64,000 nucleotides of DNA. It comes from Bugula neritina (taxonomy: Eukaryota; Animalia; Bryozoa). The DNA is taken from NCBI GenBank assembly GCA_964035545.1, contig OZ037768.1, positions 23,593,319-23,657,318 of the forward strand, in the 5' to 3' direction. Every line of letters starts with the position of its first letter. The stretch's first letter is position 1. The translations under genes were made by a program, and so were the position numbers. The notes beneath the pieces were generated by a model, which saw nothing but the letters and a program-made list of their open reading frames with translations, was not told the origin of the DNA and did no database searches. Below are positions 12,270 to 24,181 of this stretch, one piece after another.

Positions 12270-15200
12270 CTAGTAGTGGTAGCAGTAGTTAGTAGTAACA
12301 GTAGTAACAGTAGTAGTACTAGTGGTAGTAGTACTAGTGGTAGTAGTGGTGGTGGTAGTAGTACTAGTACTAGTAGTAGTAGTACCTGCAGAGAGACCAG
12401 CTAGTCTGTACTCATTTGTCTGCATAGAATCAACCCGCAGAGTGAACCACTTTGACCAGCCATCTGGATCCAGTCTCTTGTACTGTACTTTATACATAAC
12501 GACAGGCACACCCCCTGATACAGGGGTGTAAGTTATTCTTACTTCAGTAGAAGATATGACCTCCACCACTGGCATGGTTGGGGCGACTATAGCTATAAGA
12601 AGTGTAAGTGTATTACTCATGATATGTATTATATATACAGTAATATATCATATGATACTCATGATATGTATTATATATACAGTAATATATCATATGATAC
12701 TCATGATATGTATTATATATACAGTAATATATCATATGATACTCATGATATGTATTATATATACAGTAATATATCATATGATACTCATGATATGTATTAT
12801 ATATACAGTAATATATCATATGATACTCATGATATGTATTATATATACAGTAATATATCATATGATACTCATGATATGTATTATATATACAGTAATATAT
12901 CATATGATATCTGCTGTATATAACCAAATAAACAAACTGATTCAATAGTCAGCAAATCATTAGCTCAACATCAGTAGTATCTATACACATGGAAAACTTC
13001 CCACCAGTGATCAGTTTCCATGGTGACAATATTACTCAATGACAGGAACAAAACTTCAGAGCTATCCTACTTATGTTTTATAATGTTTGTAACCAAGTTA
13101 TCCTTCCAGTTCAACTTCATAATGTCTCAAATTGAAACTTCAATCCGTTAGTTACGCACTTTGACTAGCTACATTATAAATACAGTATAAATATAAACTA
13201 GATGTTAGCATGAGGCATGCATCTACCTGTTATAACGGGTACGTAACTACAAAGCAACTAAATACTACCAACTATAAGTATAAGTGCTACTAGCTCCGAG
13301 TTTTGTCACAGTATAGGTGCTGGGGGCAAAACATTTCTATGGGGCAACAGATTTGAGGGGCGATATGACAATAAATGCTGTCTGTAAATCTTTGAGTTTT
13401 CAATTCAAATAGTAGTCACTTACTTTTGGAAGGCGTAGTTGTAGTTGAAGTCACGAGTATACTATTAGGGGACGTTGGTGATGGGGTTCGCTCTGAAAGC
13501 AAATGGACATGCCAAGAACATTAGTCTATTAATAAAGTCGCAAGGTGAGATATACAGGCAAGGAAAAGGCTAATACTACTCTACGTTGATAAAGCCTTAG
13601 AAAGTCCACTACAAAAACTAGTCCATGTAAAGATAAGACAAAATGTTACATGGTTTTTAGTCTGTAGCATTATGAAGGATAAAGCTGGTTATTCAGGAAA
13701 AAGAGAGTGAGGCATCTTTGTTAGAGTTTTGCATGAAAACCAAAATTAAATTACACAAACGTGTTTATAAATTCAAACTCAAACAGAGATCCCAATTCAC
13801 GTGGATTTCTGTTAGGAAAAATATTTCAGGTGAAAGTAGAGTAAGTGTGCTTTTATTTTTAATATCCATATGAAACTTTATACTACTCACTGCAAAAAAA
13901 GAATCATTCTGAAAAAGATTCTTTTTTACAAAAAGAGTGGTGGTCATAAGATGAAAAAATTACCTTGCTCAAACAGGTTAGTTGGAGTGACAACAGCTAT
14001 AGCACTACACAATACACAACTTTACTTTCACCTGCACACAGGTTTGACGTGAGAGAAATAGAAAACAGTGCATCAAACAGATGAGTTGGTAGCATTTTAT
14101 TGTTTGATTAGTTACAAAGAGCCAGCACCAAGAGAGTAGCTAGGGGTTACTATACAAGCAAGGCTACCTATTGCGGGCGGGCTGGAGAGGACCCTCAAAT
14201 AGGCAGTCGAGTTTGTGGATCCGTACTGATTAGCAACTTGACAGCTATACCATCCGGTATCAGCTGGTGTCAGCTGCATGATCACTAAGATGTTCATTTG
14301 GATGAGCCGGCGGGCGGGTACTGCACTCAGCTGGACGCCGTCTTTATACCATCCGTACTCGGCATCGTGATCGTTGACTATACACATGAGTCTAACATCG
14401 CTGCCAGAGCTACGAGTGGCATTCTCTAGCCCAGTGATGACTGCTGGAGGCCGACACTGATTGACACACACAGGTGCTTGCAAAGTGGCTGTTAGTTGCG
14501 TGACAGCAGCAGCGGGTGGTTGGGAAGCAGAAGACAGTGAGACAGCTAACAGTAGAGAACAGCAGCATGTGACAGTAGCATGTGACAGCAGCACTAGCTA
14601 AAACTCATCTCCCTATTGTACATTGTTAGCAGCTATTATATAATGCTACAGAAATTTTAAATGTGAAAATTTGCACTTCTAAAAAGCTATCAAAAACAAG
14701 TCAATGTTAAAAGGTGCATATTGTGGAATAAGACAGGGTGGGATAGAAACACTAATCAGTATTTAGTACAGTGAGATGGTTAAAACATTCATTTGCTATA
14801 AGTCTCGGAGATTTATTGTTACAAAAAGCAAACAGTAGGAAATGTTAGTATAATAAATAGCGGACAACTCCAGTGTGTAGCCAGGGTTAGAAGAGACAGG
14901 GAAAGACAACTACTGTACAGACAAGCAACAGCTGATATATAACTGCAGCAACTACATACAAAGGGTGTAAGCAGATACCTGTAATTGGGGTTGTCTCCTC
15001 ATCGCCAAAGGTTGGATCCAGGCGAAATCTAACACTAGGGGGACTGTCTACTTGTATGTTGTTACGATACAGCGCCACTATGATGAACTTGTACTTTTGA
15101 CCTGATGAGATGATGTAGTTTAATCAAACATAGCAATATAATACATATAATATAATATACATGTATATAATATAATATATACATGGTAATATATATAATA

Positions 15201-18200
15201 CAATACATATAATATAACATATACAATATAATATAATATATACATGGTAATATATATAATACAATACATATAATATAACATATACAATATAATATAATAT
15301 ATACATGGTAATATAATATATATAATATAATACATATAATATAACATATACAATATAATATAATATAATATATGCAATGTAATATAGTAACATATCAAAT
15401 CATATTATATAACACAGTATAAGAAGTGCATACAGTAGACTAATATTAGCATGCAGTATACAAGAAATAGAAATATAGTCACAACTGCCAAACTGTTTAT
15501 ATCTTGCATATCATCTTCAGCTAACTGTCCTCACAGCAGCAGAGAATGGGGTTTCTAACTTTTCCTAACAAGAGTTGCCGTCTTTGGAATAGTAGTTGAA
15601 CTGTTTACCTGCCACGAGGTCGTTGTTGACCTCCACGGAGCTGGTCTGCCTGGGTATGTCTCTCAACACAACCAGCCAATCATCTCCTGCGGTCTTCGCC
15701 TTCACCCAATAGGAGAGCACATTACTTAACCCCTGAGTAGACCAGGTAAGTTTGACTCCTTCCCTCCTGATCTGCTCCACGGAAGGCTGGCCAGGAGCCG
15801 GTTGGGCCGCAGTGACGGCTACACGAGAGTAAGAGTAGAAACACGAGGGTTAGACATTTACATGAGAATTCTTAAAACTCCAAGCCTAAAACTACTCGAC
15901 TTTGATTCAATGGCATCTCTTAGATCTTTAGAAGACTTAAGATTTACTGATCGCATTTTATACTCTTTAAATATATTCCTAGAAATGGCAAGACAAAACA
16001 TATAACTTTACACAATGCCTTAACTAAATATAACGTGGACATTAATCACCAGATAATATCATACAGAATAAACTCTGTAAACATTGCACGATATGAAAGG
16101 AATAGGGCAGAGTTGAGTTGCCAAATGAGGGGCAACTCCAAAGAGAATACAACTCCTGAGTGAAATACTACATCTACAGCTGCGTACCAGAAGCAGACGT
16201 GGTGACTACAGGAGCAGACGTGGTGGTGGTGGTTGTGGACGTGGTAGTAGTCGTCGTCGTGGGTTCCTTAACAACGTGCAGCTTCACATAACCGCTGTCG
16301 GAGCCGACATCATTACCCACAATGCACTGGTACAGCCCGGCAGCATCCGAGGTGAGGTTTGATATCGTCAGCGAACCTGGTAAACAACCAAATCACACTT
16401 AGTCATGGGAGTTATTCAGTGTACTGGAAAACAGTTTACAGGGTCTGGGAATTATCTTCTCACTGCAAACTGACGAGTAAATATTGCACAGCAAACAGTG
16501 TATTACAGCATTGCTAACTAAAATGTGCTGTTGCAATGACTAAACCGTGGAGATCGGAAGCACAAATCGGCAAAATTGAAATGCAACGAATAAGGTATCC
16601 AAATCCAGCGCATCATAAAATCGTCTCAAAGCTGAGTTTCAGGTTGGAGATTGCTAGTTTTTCAATTTATTTTTCAAAAAATGATCAAATTGAGATTTAA
16701 TTACATGTACATAGGATATGTATATTGTGGAGACTGGCATTATGTTTAGTGAGAGTGGAAGTGAGAAGCTAAGCTACAGCAGGGTGAGCACACAGTTTCA
16801 ACCTCAGCATGTGCCGGACATGTGTGTAGGCTTAAACAGTAACTAATATATTGCATAACATGGCTGATAGTCATTTATCAATTTAACATTTCCTGTTCGC
16901 TGATAAACTTGAGGAAAACATCTAAAACTGCTAGCAGACACCATCTGTCTACATTCTGTAGGATCCATGAGGAACTAGAGTGGGAGGAGCTAGAATGGGA
17001 GGAGCTAGAATGGGAGGAGCTATTATTTTGTACAAAGAGACAGAAATTAAAAGTGAATACAAAGTTCAAAGATTAGAGGTGAGAAATGAGGCTGCCGAGT
17101 GTTATAGCTTGAGGCAGCGCAAATAGGTGAACAGCAGGGGCCTCCACTACCCTCAACACTGACTGTGAGTAATTAATCTAGAGCTGATATGCAGTTATGG
17201 ACTCAAGTGTTTGCTCTTAATTAGTATCTAGTATAACATTATTGATCAGCCCCCAGCTTCAACTCAATTCTGATTCACTCTCATCCAGCTGAGTGCAGCC
17301 GATTTTAGGTGCTGCCTCAATTAAGGTGTTGTTACACACCAAACTTAGGGGCCTCAATTAAGGTGTTGTTACACACCAAACTTAGGGGCCTCAATTAAGG
17401 TGTTGCTACATGCCAAACTTAGCAAACTATATATAAGAGACTTTAGTGTACAATAGAGGAGTTGTCCTCACTCCTCACACAGAACTGTCCGTAAAGTAGC
17501 TGGTGAACCGACAGTTATATTCTGCTCAAATGACTTCATTTCTATTGAACAGGAAGACCCTTTGCCTGTGCATAAAGCGCTGCAGTTAATCACTACTCAA
17601 ATTTAATTGGTCAGCTATAAAAAACGAACCGAGAAATGTCTTGCAAATTACCTACTAGGCTTTTCTTCTGAAATGTTTATAGCATTTCTTTCCCAAAATA
17701 ATAAGAAATGCATATATTTTTACTGCAGAATACACCCAGTGTGCCGGCAGGTGCTATAAATCTACTGCAGATTCACTCACCCTCGTAATGCTGCAGATCT
17801 TCCCCGTTGAAGTACCACTGATACTCTACGTCTGCAGCTGAGTCGTTCTGCAGAGAACACTCAATCTCCGTAGACCGAAATTCTACGGCATGTTTTATGG
17901 AGCTTCTCGGGGAAACCTTAGGCTTAGCTAAAACATATCGGCATTTGTGTGAAGGAATTGTACAACTCGGGCCAAAACATGGAATTCATAACAGGAAATA
18001 TAGAGAGAACATAACTCATAGCAAATATATTAACTAACAAAGAAATTAATACTTTCATACAATAAAACATCAACTGAGAAAACTAAACTTATTATCATTA
18101 ATATATTAATTTATTATCATTAATATATTAATTTATTATTATTAATATATTAATTTATTATTATTAATATATTAATTTATTATTATTAATATATTAATTT

Positions 18201-21200
18201 ATTATTATTAATATATTAATTCATTATTATTGAAATTATTTTGGAAAAACAAACATCCCATAATGTAAAAACAAACACAGATGTGATAACACAAATGGGA
18301 CCTACAGCTGTACTTACAGTAAACACTCAAAAGGTAAGTAATGGTGGTGGGAATGTTTCCATTCTCTATGATACAGTTGTAAGTTCCCTGATCTGTTGGT
18401 TGTATGTTACTAATACGCAGGGCATCTGTAATACACAGTGACTTAGTGTGATGTGAAATTCAACAAGAAAAATATACAAACAAACACACACATGTATTAC
18501 ACATAGTACACACACTACACATGTGCATCTACAGTAAATATATACACAACACTGCACACCACACTGTCTGCCAACTACCACACTGTCTGTTAACTACCAC
18601 ACTGTCTGCCAACTACCACACTGTCTGCTAGCTACCATACTGTCTGCTGCACTCACCGCCCACGTAGGAGGTCCTATTGAGCGGAAGCTCTTGCTGGTAT
18701 CTCTCCCAGCTAGTGGAGCCCAGCGGGTTGGCTCTGTACACGCAGGGCAGCACCAGGGTGTCCCCTTCCATCGCTGTCACCTGGGGGCCAAGAGACCAGC
18801 TGATTGGTTCGGGTGAGACCGGTGTCTGGGGAGCCACTACAATATATATTACATTCTCTTACACTGTGTTACACTTGAATACTAGTCACAGTAACTCACC
18901 TACTACTACTAGAGTCACAGTGACTCACACTTGACTACTAGTTACAGTGACTCACACTCTATTACTAGTCACAGTGACTCACCTTGTACCAGTAGTCACA
19001 GTACCTCACCTACTACGACTAGTTATAGTAACTCACCTTCTACTACTAGAGTTATAGTGACTCACCTTGTACTACTAGAGTTATAGTGAAAGGTGCTGGA
19101 ACTTTATCATTCAGCACACTGTTGATGGCCACACATTTATAAGCTCCAGCGTGTTCCTGTTGAACATTGGATATCTGCAGATCTCCGGAACTTAGCAAGT
19201 AGTGATTACCTGCAGAACAGAGAGAATATCTACAGAACAGAGAGATTATCTGCAGAACAGAGAGAATATCTGCAGAACAGAGAATATCTGCAGAACAGAG
19301 AGATTACCTACAGAACAGAGAGACTACCTGCAGAACATAAAGGTGACTAGCTGACTAGCTACTATATTTAGCATATTTGTTGTCAGCTGAAGTATCGCCC
19401 TGACACGTTTCAATTTCCAAATATGAAGGTCACTTATAGAATAAAATGATCTTTATAATATACTACTGTCTATATAACACTGTCTATATAACACTGTCTA
19501 TATAATACTGTCTATATACTACTGTCTATATAATACTGTCTATATACTACTGTCTATATATTATATAATACTACACAAAAAAGAGATTTATACATTAGTG
19601 GGGAAATAATTCCCAGCTTTTTCTTAGCAGAAAATATTTTTTACTAATTCCTATGAATAAATGAACTAATGATAATATAACGTGTTTCTATAAGCTCCAA
19701 TAACTGCCCCCCCCTCTCCCTCTACCACCACTACACTGCTCTAAGTCAACATGATGGGTAGATAAAAATTGATTTTATTAGTTGAACAACATCTTGACAA
19801 TGGCAAAGTCAAATAGCATAAAGAAAGCATACAATTTCACCTGTCACACTCTATTAGAAGAGTATTTATGTATTAACAGTATAAAACCTTTCCCCACAAA
19901 AAGAAAGCTAACCGACTATCAAAATATCATTCAAGAACCAACTCTGACTAATAAGATCTGAAAAAGATAGACCAGGATGGTTTCTGCAAGACATAACAGT
20001 TAATTAAGTGAGTATAACCCATGGGATAAGAATATGTGAGTGAATTATTATTCGCTCCTACATAAGCTGACATAACAGCACATCGAAGGCTGACTAACGC
20101 AAACCAGCCGTGTGACAGAGTGCTCAAAGCCGACATTTATTTGTTCAACTGGATTGAGTTTTAAAACAATGACAATAAATTATCTTCTAACAATAGAGTA
20201 TGGGAAGCCGTGAGTTCATTTAATATTTTGGATTTGTTTGGAGGTGAATAGAAGAATAATATTTACAGTTATGCTGTGATTGGGTATTGTTTTACGTGGT
20301 AGAGTATTGGTAGGACGGCATTTGCACCTCAGGGGTATTCAACAAGTGGCTGAGTTAAATGTTCAGTTTAAAGGTGAATCAGTGCAATTTTGTAGTAGTA
20401 TATTACAGTATATAGTACATACAGTGTGTATATTACAGTATATAGTACATACAGTGTGTATATTACAGTATGTAGTACATATAGTGTGTATATTACAGTA
20501 CATAGTACATATAGTGTGTATATTACAGTATATACAGTGTGTATATTACAGTATATAGTACATACAGTGTGTATATTACAGTATGTAGTACATATAGTGT
20601 GTATATTACAGTATGTAATACATATAGTGTGTATATTACAGTATATACAGTGTGTATATTACAGTATATAGTACATATAGTGTGTATATTACAGTATATA
20701 TAGTGTGTATATTACAGTATATAGTACATATAGTGTGTATATTACAGTATATAGTACATATAGTGTGTTTATTAGATGATGTGAAGAGGCAGCACCCACT
20801 AGAGCTGAGCTACTCTAGTAATGCAAGTGACAGCAAGGACTAGAGAGTGACAGCAAGGACTAGAGAGTGACAGCAAGGACTAGAGAGAGACAGCAAGGAC
20901 AAGAGAGTGACAGCAAGGACTAGAGAGAGACAGCAAGGACTAGAGAGAGACAGCAAGGACTAGAGAGTGACAGCAAGGACTAGAGAGTGACAGCAAGGAC
21001 TAGAGAGAGACAGCTGTATTGGGTAGAGTGGTGACCTGGGGGGATAATTGCTACTACAACGAGCTCATTACTTTGTTTACTACAACTTCTAACAGCTTCC
21101 TGTTGCATTCACAAATAACTACAGGATACATCACTGGAAAGTGCCACTGATGTCTAACACACTATAAAACTGACCTCTAGACTCGTCTATAGTTTGGCCA

Positions 21201-23577
21201 TTGATCTCAAAGACCGTGTGGGCCGTAGGTCTACTGGCAGGCGGCTGGCAGGGTATGAGGGCGGTGGCGCCCTCTATCACAGTTATAGTCTGGTCTTTCA
21301 GAGTTGACGAGAATGGCTTGATCTCTACAAGAAAATACAAGAATCAAAAACTTTTATTCAAAGTATTTGATACAAGCTTTAGAGAGCAGAAACTCTGAAA
21401 ACTAGATCCTTGCAGACGTCAACTTAGCTATGTTAGTTACAGACGACTTTGAGAGACAAAGCAGTCCATCGATGCAAACTCTACTGAGTCACGAATTTAC
21501 AAATTATCTCAAAACTCAGACTTGCACAAAATTTTTCAAAAGAAACTGAAGCTCTTTTAGACTCAGAACAATGAACATTATGAGGAATTTATTGTGGAGG
21601 TGTTGCTGGACTCCCTCTTGGATAACTTGAGAGCTGTGAAGAATCAAGTCTTTGCTCAATTTATTAAAAAGCGAATATTTATCTGATAAAAGGATAAATA
21701 GTTGAAAAAATTTAGAGACAAACAGACAGACAATTTCACTCACTCGCTTTTGTCAGTACGAACACTTGACTGACGAGCTGGTGTCTCACGCACTGCCAGG
21801 ACCCGGTGTGAGACGTCCTCACAGCTGGTATGCGGAGGCCACCAGTGGAATTGATTACCACTCTGTCTTTTGGGTCGACAGAGACTGTGGGTACAACTTG
21901 GCCATCCTTTAGCCATGTGACCGGAGTGTCGTACTGATCGTCTCCGGGATTACAGTACAGTTCTACTACAGATTTCAGTTTAACTACTCCATTTGCTGTG
22001 TTGGAGGTTATTGTTGGCGGATCTACAAAAAATATTATTATCAGAGACTTGGGAAGATTTTAGCGTTTTTCTGATGTCATTGGCTTTGATGATGGTGAAC
22101 TGGCAATTCTCACAGTCAACTGCCCTTTGAAACTGCACTACTTGGTTAAATAGTCTAATAATGAGAAATGAATAACTTTTTAGCAGAAAAAATTATTACA
22201 GCTCAATAATTCCATCACTCAGTCTCACTCACTAATCACTCTGTCTCACTCTCTACTCACTCAGTCTCACTCTCTACTCACTCAGTCACACTCTCTCTTT
22301 CATTTACTAAGTTGCTCTAGATGTGTTCCTGTAAAATGATTTTATCTGCTGTATTTTATGCACATTTAAAGGGAATACACTGCTCTAGTAGTTCCGGTAG
22401 TAACCATTCAGAAGAATTTATCATCTCATTAATACATAATATCATCACCAAAAGATATCCTGCTAAAGGAAATAGGAACTCCACAATTTCATAAGAATTT
22501 AGGAATAAATTTAGATACAGTGGCTTCTGTCTCACTTTGAATACCCTTAAACTAAGTTAGCAGGGTGGTTTGGGACGGGATCTACAATAGGCCTAGCACC
22601 CACACCACCAGAGTTCTCTCAGGGGGGGGGGGGTGTGTGAGTGGATCCTCAAATAACAGGCAACATAACCCAAAACCTCAAGTCCTGTATCAGACTGCAG
22701 AGGAGGGGGGGGGGTAAGGGCGTTTGGCTGACCAGCGTTTAGAGACAAATGCTAAGATGATCTCTGGATAATCACTGCTTACAGTAGACTGTTGAGGTAG
22801 AGACATCCAATATTTTTAGGGTCTCAATGTTTGTAGAAGAATAATTAATTCACAGCCTTCTGACCACTTCAAACAGCCCCGAGTATTCAGTTACCTTTTA
22901 GTAATTATATCTAAATAACTGGTAACCTCTGCTCAAGGAAAGCAACCAGCAACTGGCAATCAGCAATTAGCAACTGGCAACTAAAACTTAAGGTATGCAT
23001 TCTTGTTTCATTCATAAATGGCTTTCCAAATTAAAGTTTTTACACCCTTTAGTTTTTTGTATTACAGAGATAAATCTACAACCTTCCATATACACTAAAA
23101 CCTGGTTACATATTACTACATAAACACATATGTTTATATATAATGAAATATATAATATCACAGCATATATAAACATCACTACATAATACATACTGCTACA
23201 TATAAAATACTATATACATGCATGTTCAATAAAACCCACATGACCCACATACAATATGTTATTTCCATTATTAGTCCATTATTTGTATTTCCAAATTACT
23301 ATTTAGTATACAACTGGCTGTTGCAATTCCATGAGTCATGGAGACTGCAAAACAGCTGAAAAACGGATACAAAAGCCTGTCACAAACAGTGAAGCAGAGA
23401 CAAAGCCAAATTAAATGTAAAACCAGTGGAAAACAAAAGTAATGCTGGTACAAAACCCTGCCTTGTACTGTTTGTGTTTGTCCTGATAAAATATCTACTA
23501 ATTCATTCTACTGTTACTAGCCAAGTACTAATATTACCACTATATTACTACTAATACTGCTAATACTGCTAATACTG

Positions 23578-23622
<45 letters not shown>

Positions 23623-23780
23623 TTACTGCTACTACTACTACTACTGCTACTACTACTACTACTAGTACTACTAATACTACAACTGATGCTGTCAGGCAGC
23701 AGTGACTCACCAGGTAGAGACTGTTCCCCACTGACCAGAGCTACACACAGAAGAAGTAGGGAGAACTCTCTCTGATACAT
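8481..23780 (-). CDS. Ihog/Boi/BOC/CDON-family Hedgehog co-receptor (signal-Ig4-FN3-Ig-FN3-FN3-TM-cytoplasmic tail)
   Basis: 21 coding exons: 23780-23711 (MYQREFSLLLLCVALVSG signal), 22022-21744, 21324-21175, 19209-19066, 18836-18657, 18425-18318, 17927-17781, 16376-16188, 15818-15609, 15101-14979, 14545-14168, 13492-13424, 12592-12386, 12054-11840, 11235-11046, 10845-10591, 10238-10000, 9821-9701, 9546-9349, 9175-9008, 8659-8481 (TAA). Ig motifs ALIPCQPPASRP, GDLQISNV, GLYQCIVGNDVG. The FN3 segment YRFRIGAVY and juxtamembrane SDLLYIILGSVLG resemble Ihog/BOC/CDON. Confidence 0.82.
8682..8953. repeat. 20-bp intronic minisatellite
   Basis: actatgagctctacactcta x~13. Confidence 0.95.
9553..9684. 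repeat. ~36-40-bp intronic tandem repeat filling a short intron
   Basis: cacatagacatagagagtatattatatacatgtgta x~3.5. Confidence 0.85.
11463..11798. repeat. 16-bp intronic minisatellite
   Basis: gagtgagt(a/t)gcact(g/a)t x~21. Confidence 0.95.
12067..12384. repeat. (TAG/CTA)n trinucleotide microsatellite filling an intron
   Basis: Degenerate gtagtagta runs between the exons ending at 12054 and starting at 12386. Confidence 0.95.
12614..12908. repeat. ~42-bp near-perfect intronic minisatellite
   Basis: tactcatgatatgtattatatatacagtaatatatcatatga x7. Confidence 0.95.
15134..15400. repeat. AT-rich intronic tandem repeat
   Basis: Repeats of atataatacatataatataacatatacaatataatataatatatacatggta-like units. 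Confidence 0.85.
17315..17422. repeat. 37-bp tandem triplication
   Basis: cctcaattaaggtgttgttacacaccaaacttagggg starting at 17315, 17352 and 17389. Confidence 0.9.
18880..19089. repeat. Minisatellite derived from an exon 3' end plus donor site
   Basis: Units such as gtgactcaccttgtactactagagttata copy the end of exon 19209-19066 and its GTGAGT donor. Confidence 0.8.
19204..19338. repeat. 20-bp minisatellite derived from an acceptor site plus exon start
   Basis: ctgcagaacagagagattac-like units (minus strand: tctctgttctgcag|gtaatc). Confidence 0.85.
20396..20768. repeat. ~30-bp intronic minisatellite
   Basis: tattacagtatatagtacatatagtgtgta repeats. Confidence 0.95.
20827..21014. repeat. 20-bp intronic minisatellite
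   Basis: cagcaaggactagagag(t/a)ga x~9. Confidence 0.95.
23525..23690. repeat. (ACT)n microsatellite immediately after the signal-peptide exon donor
   Basis: actactact runs. Confidence 0.9.
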
Positions 23781-23873
23781 AACGTGGCAGCTTTTCTCTC
23801 GTCTAGCAGCACTCACTCATTTCCTGTAACTAGAACAGCAGAGTACTACTACAGTTAGATTTATTGAGACTCA

Positions 23874-24181
23874 CTGAGAGTTACTGAGAGTTACTAGTTA
23901 GAGTTACTGAGAGTTACTAGTTAGAGTTACTGAGAGTTACTAGTTAGAGTTACAGAGAGTTACTAGTTAGAGTTACTGAGAGTTACTAGTTAGAGTTACT
24001 GAGAGTTACTAGTTAGAGTTACTGAGAGTTACTAGTTAGAGTTACTGAGAGTTACTAGTTAGAGTTACTGAGAGTTACTAGTTAGAGTTACTGAGAGTTA
24101 CTAGTTAGAGTTACTGAGAGTTACTAGTTAGAGTTACTGAGAGTTACTAGTTAGAGTTACTGAGAGTTACTAGTTAGAGTT
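23874..24181. repeat. 23-bp minisatellite
   Basis: gagttactgagagttactagtta x~13. Confidence 0.95.

Noticed and set aside
17477-17564. Possible extra minus-strand exon inside Ig4 (GKGSSCSIEMKSFEQNITVG...)
   Set aside because: The flanking exons already join into a complete Ig fold, and the segment has no recognisable motif.
22560-22720. G/C homopolymer tracts (also ~5313, ~48788, ~49144) as a repeat family or G-quadruplex system
   Set aside because: Flanks show no alignable similarity by eye, and isolated homopolymers are insufficient evidence.
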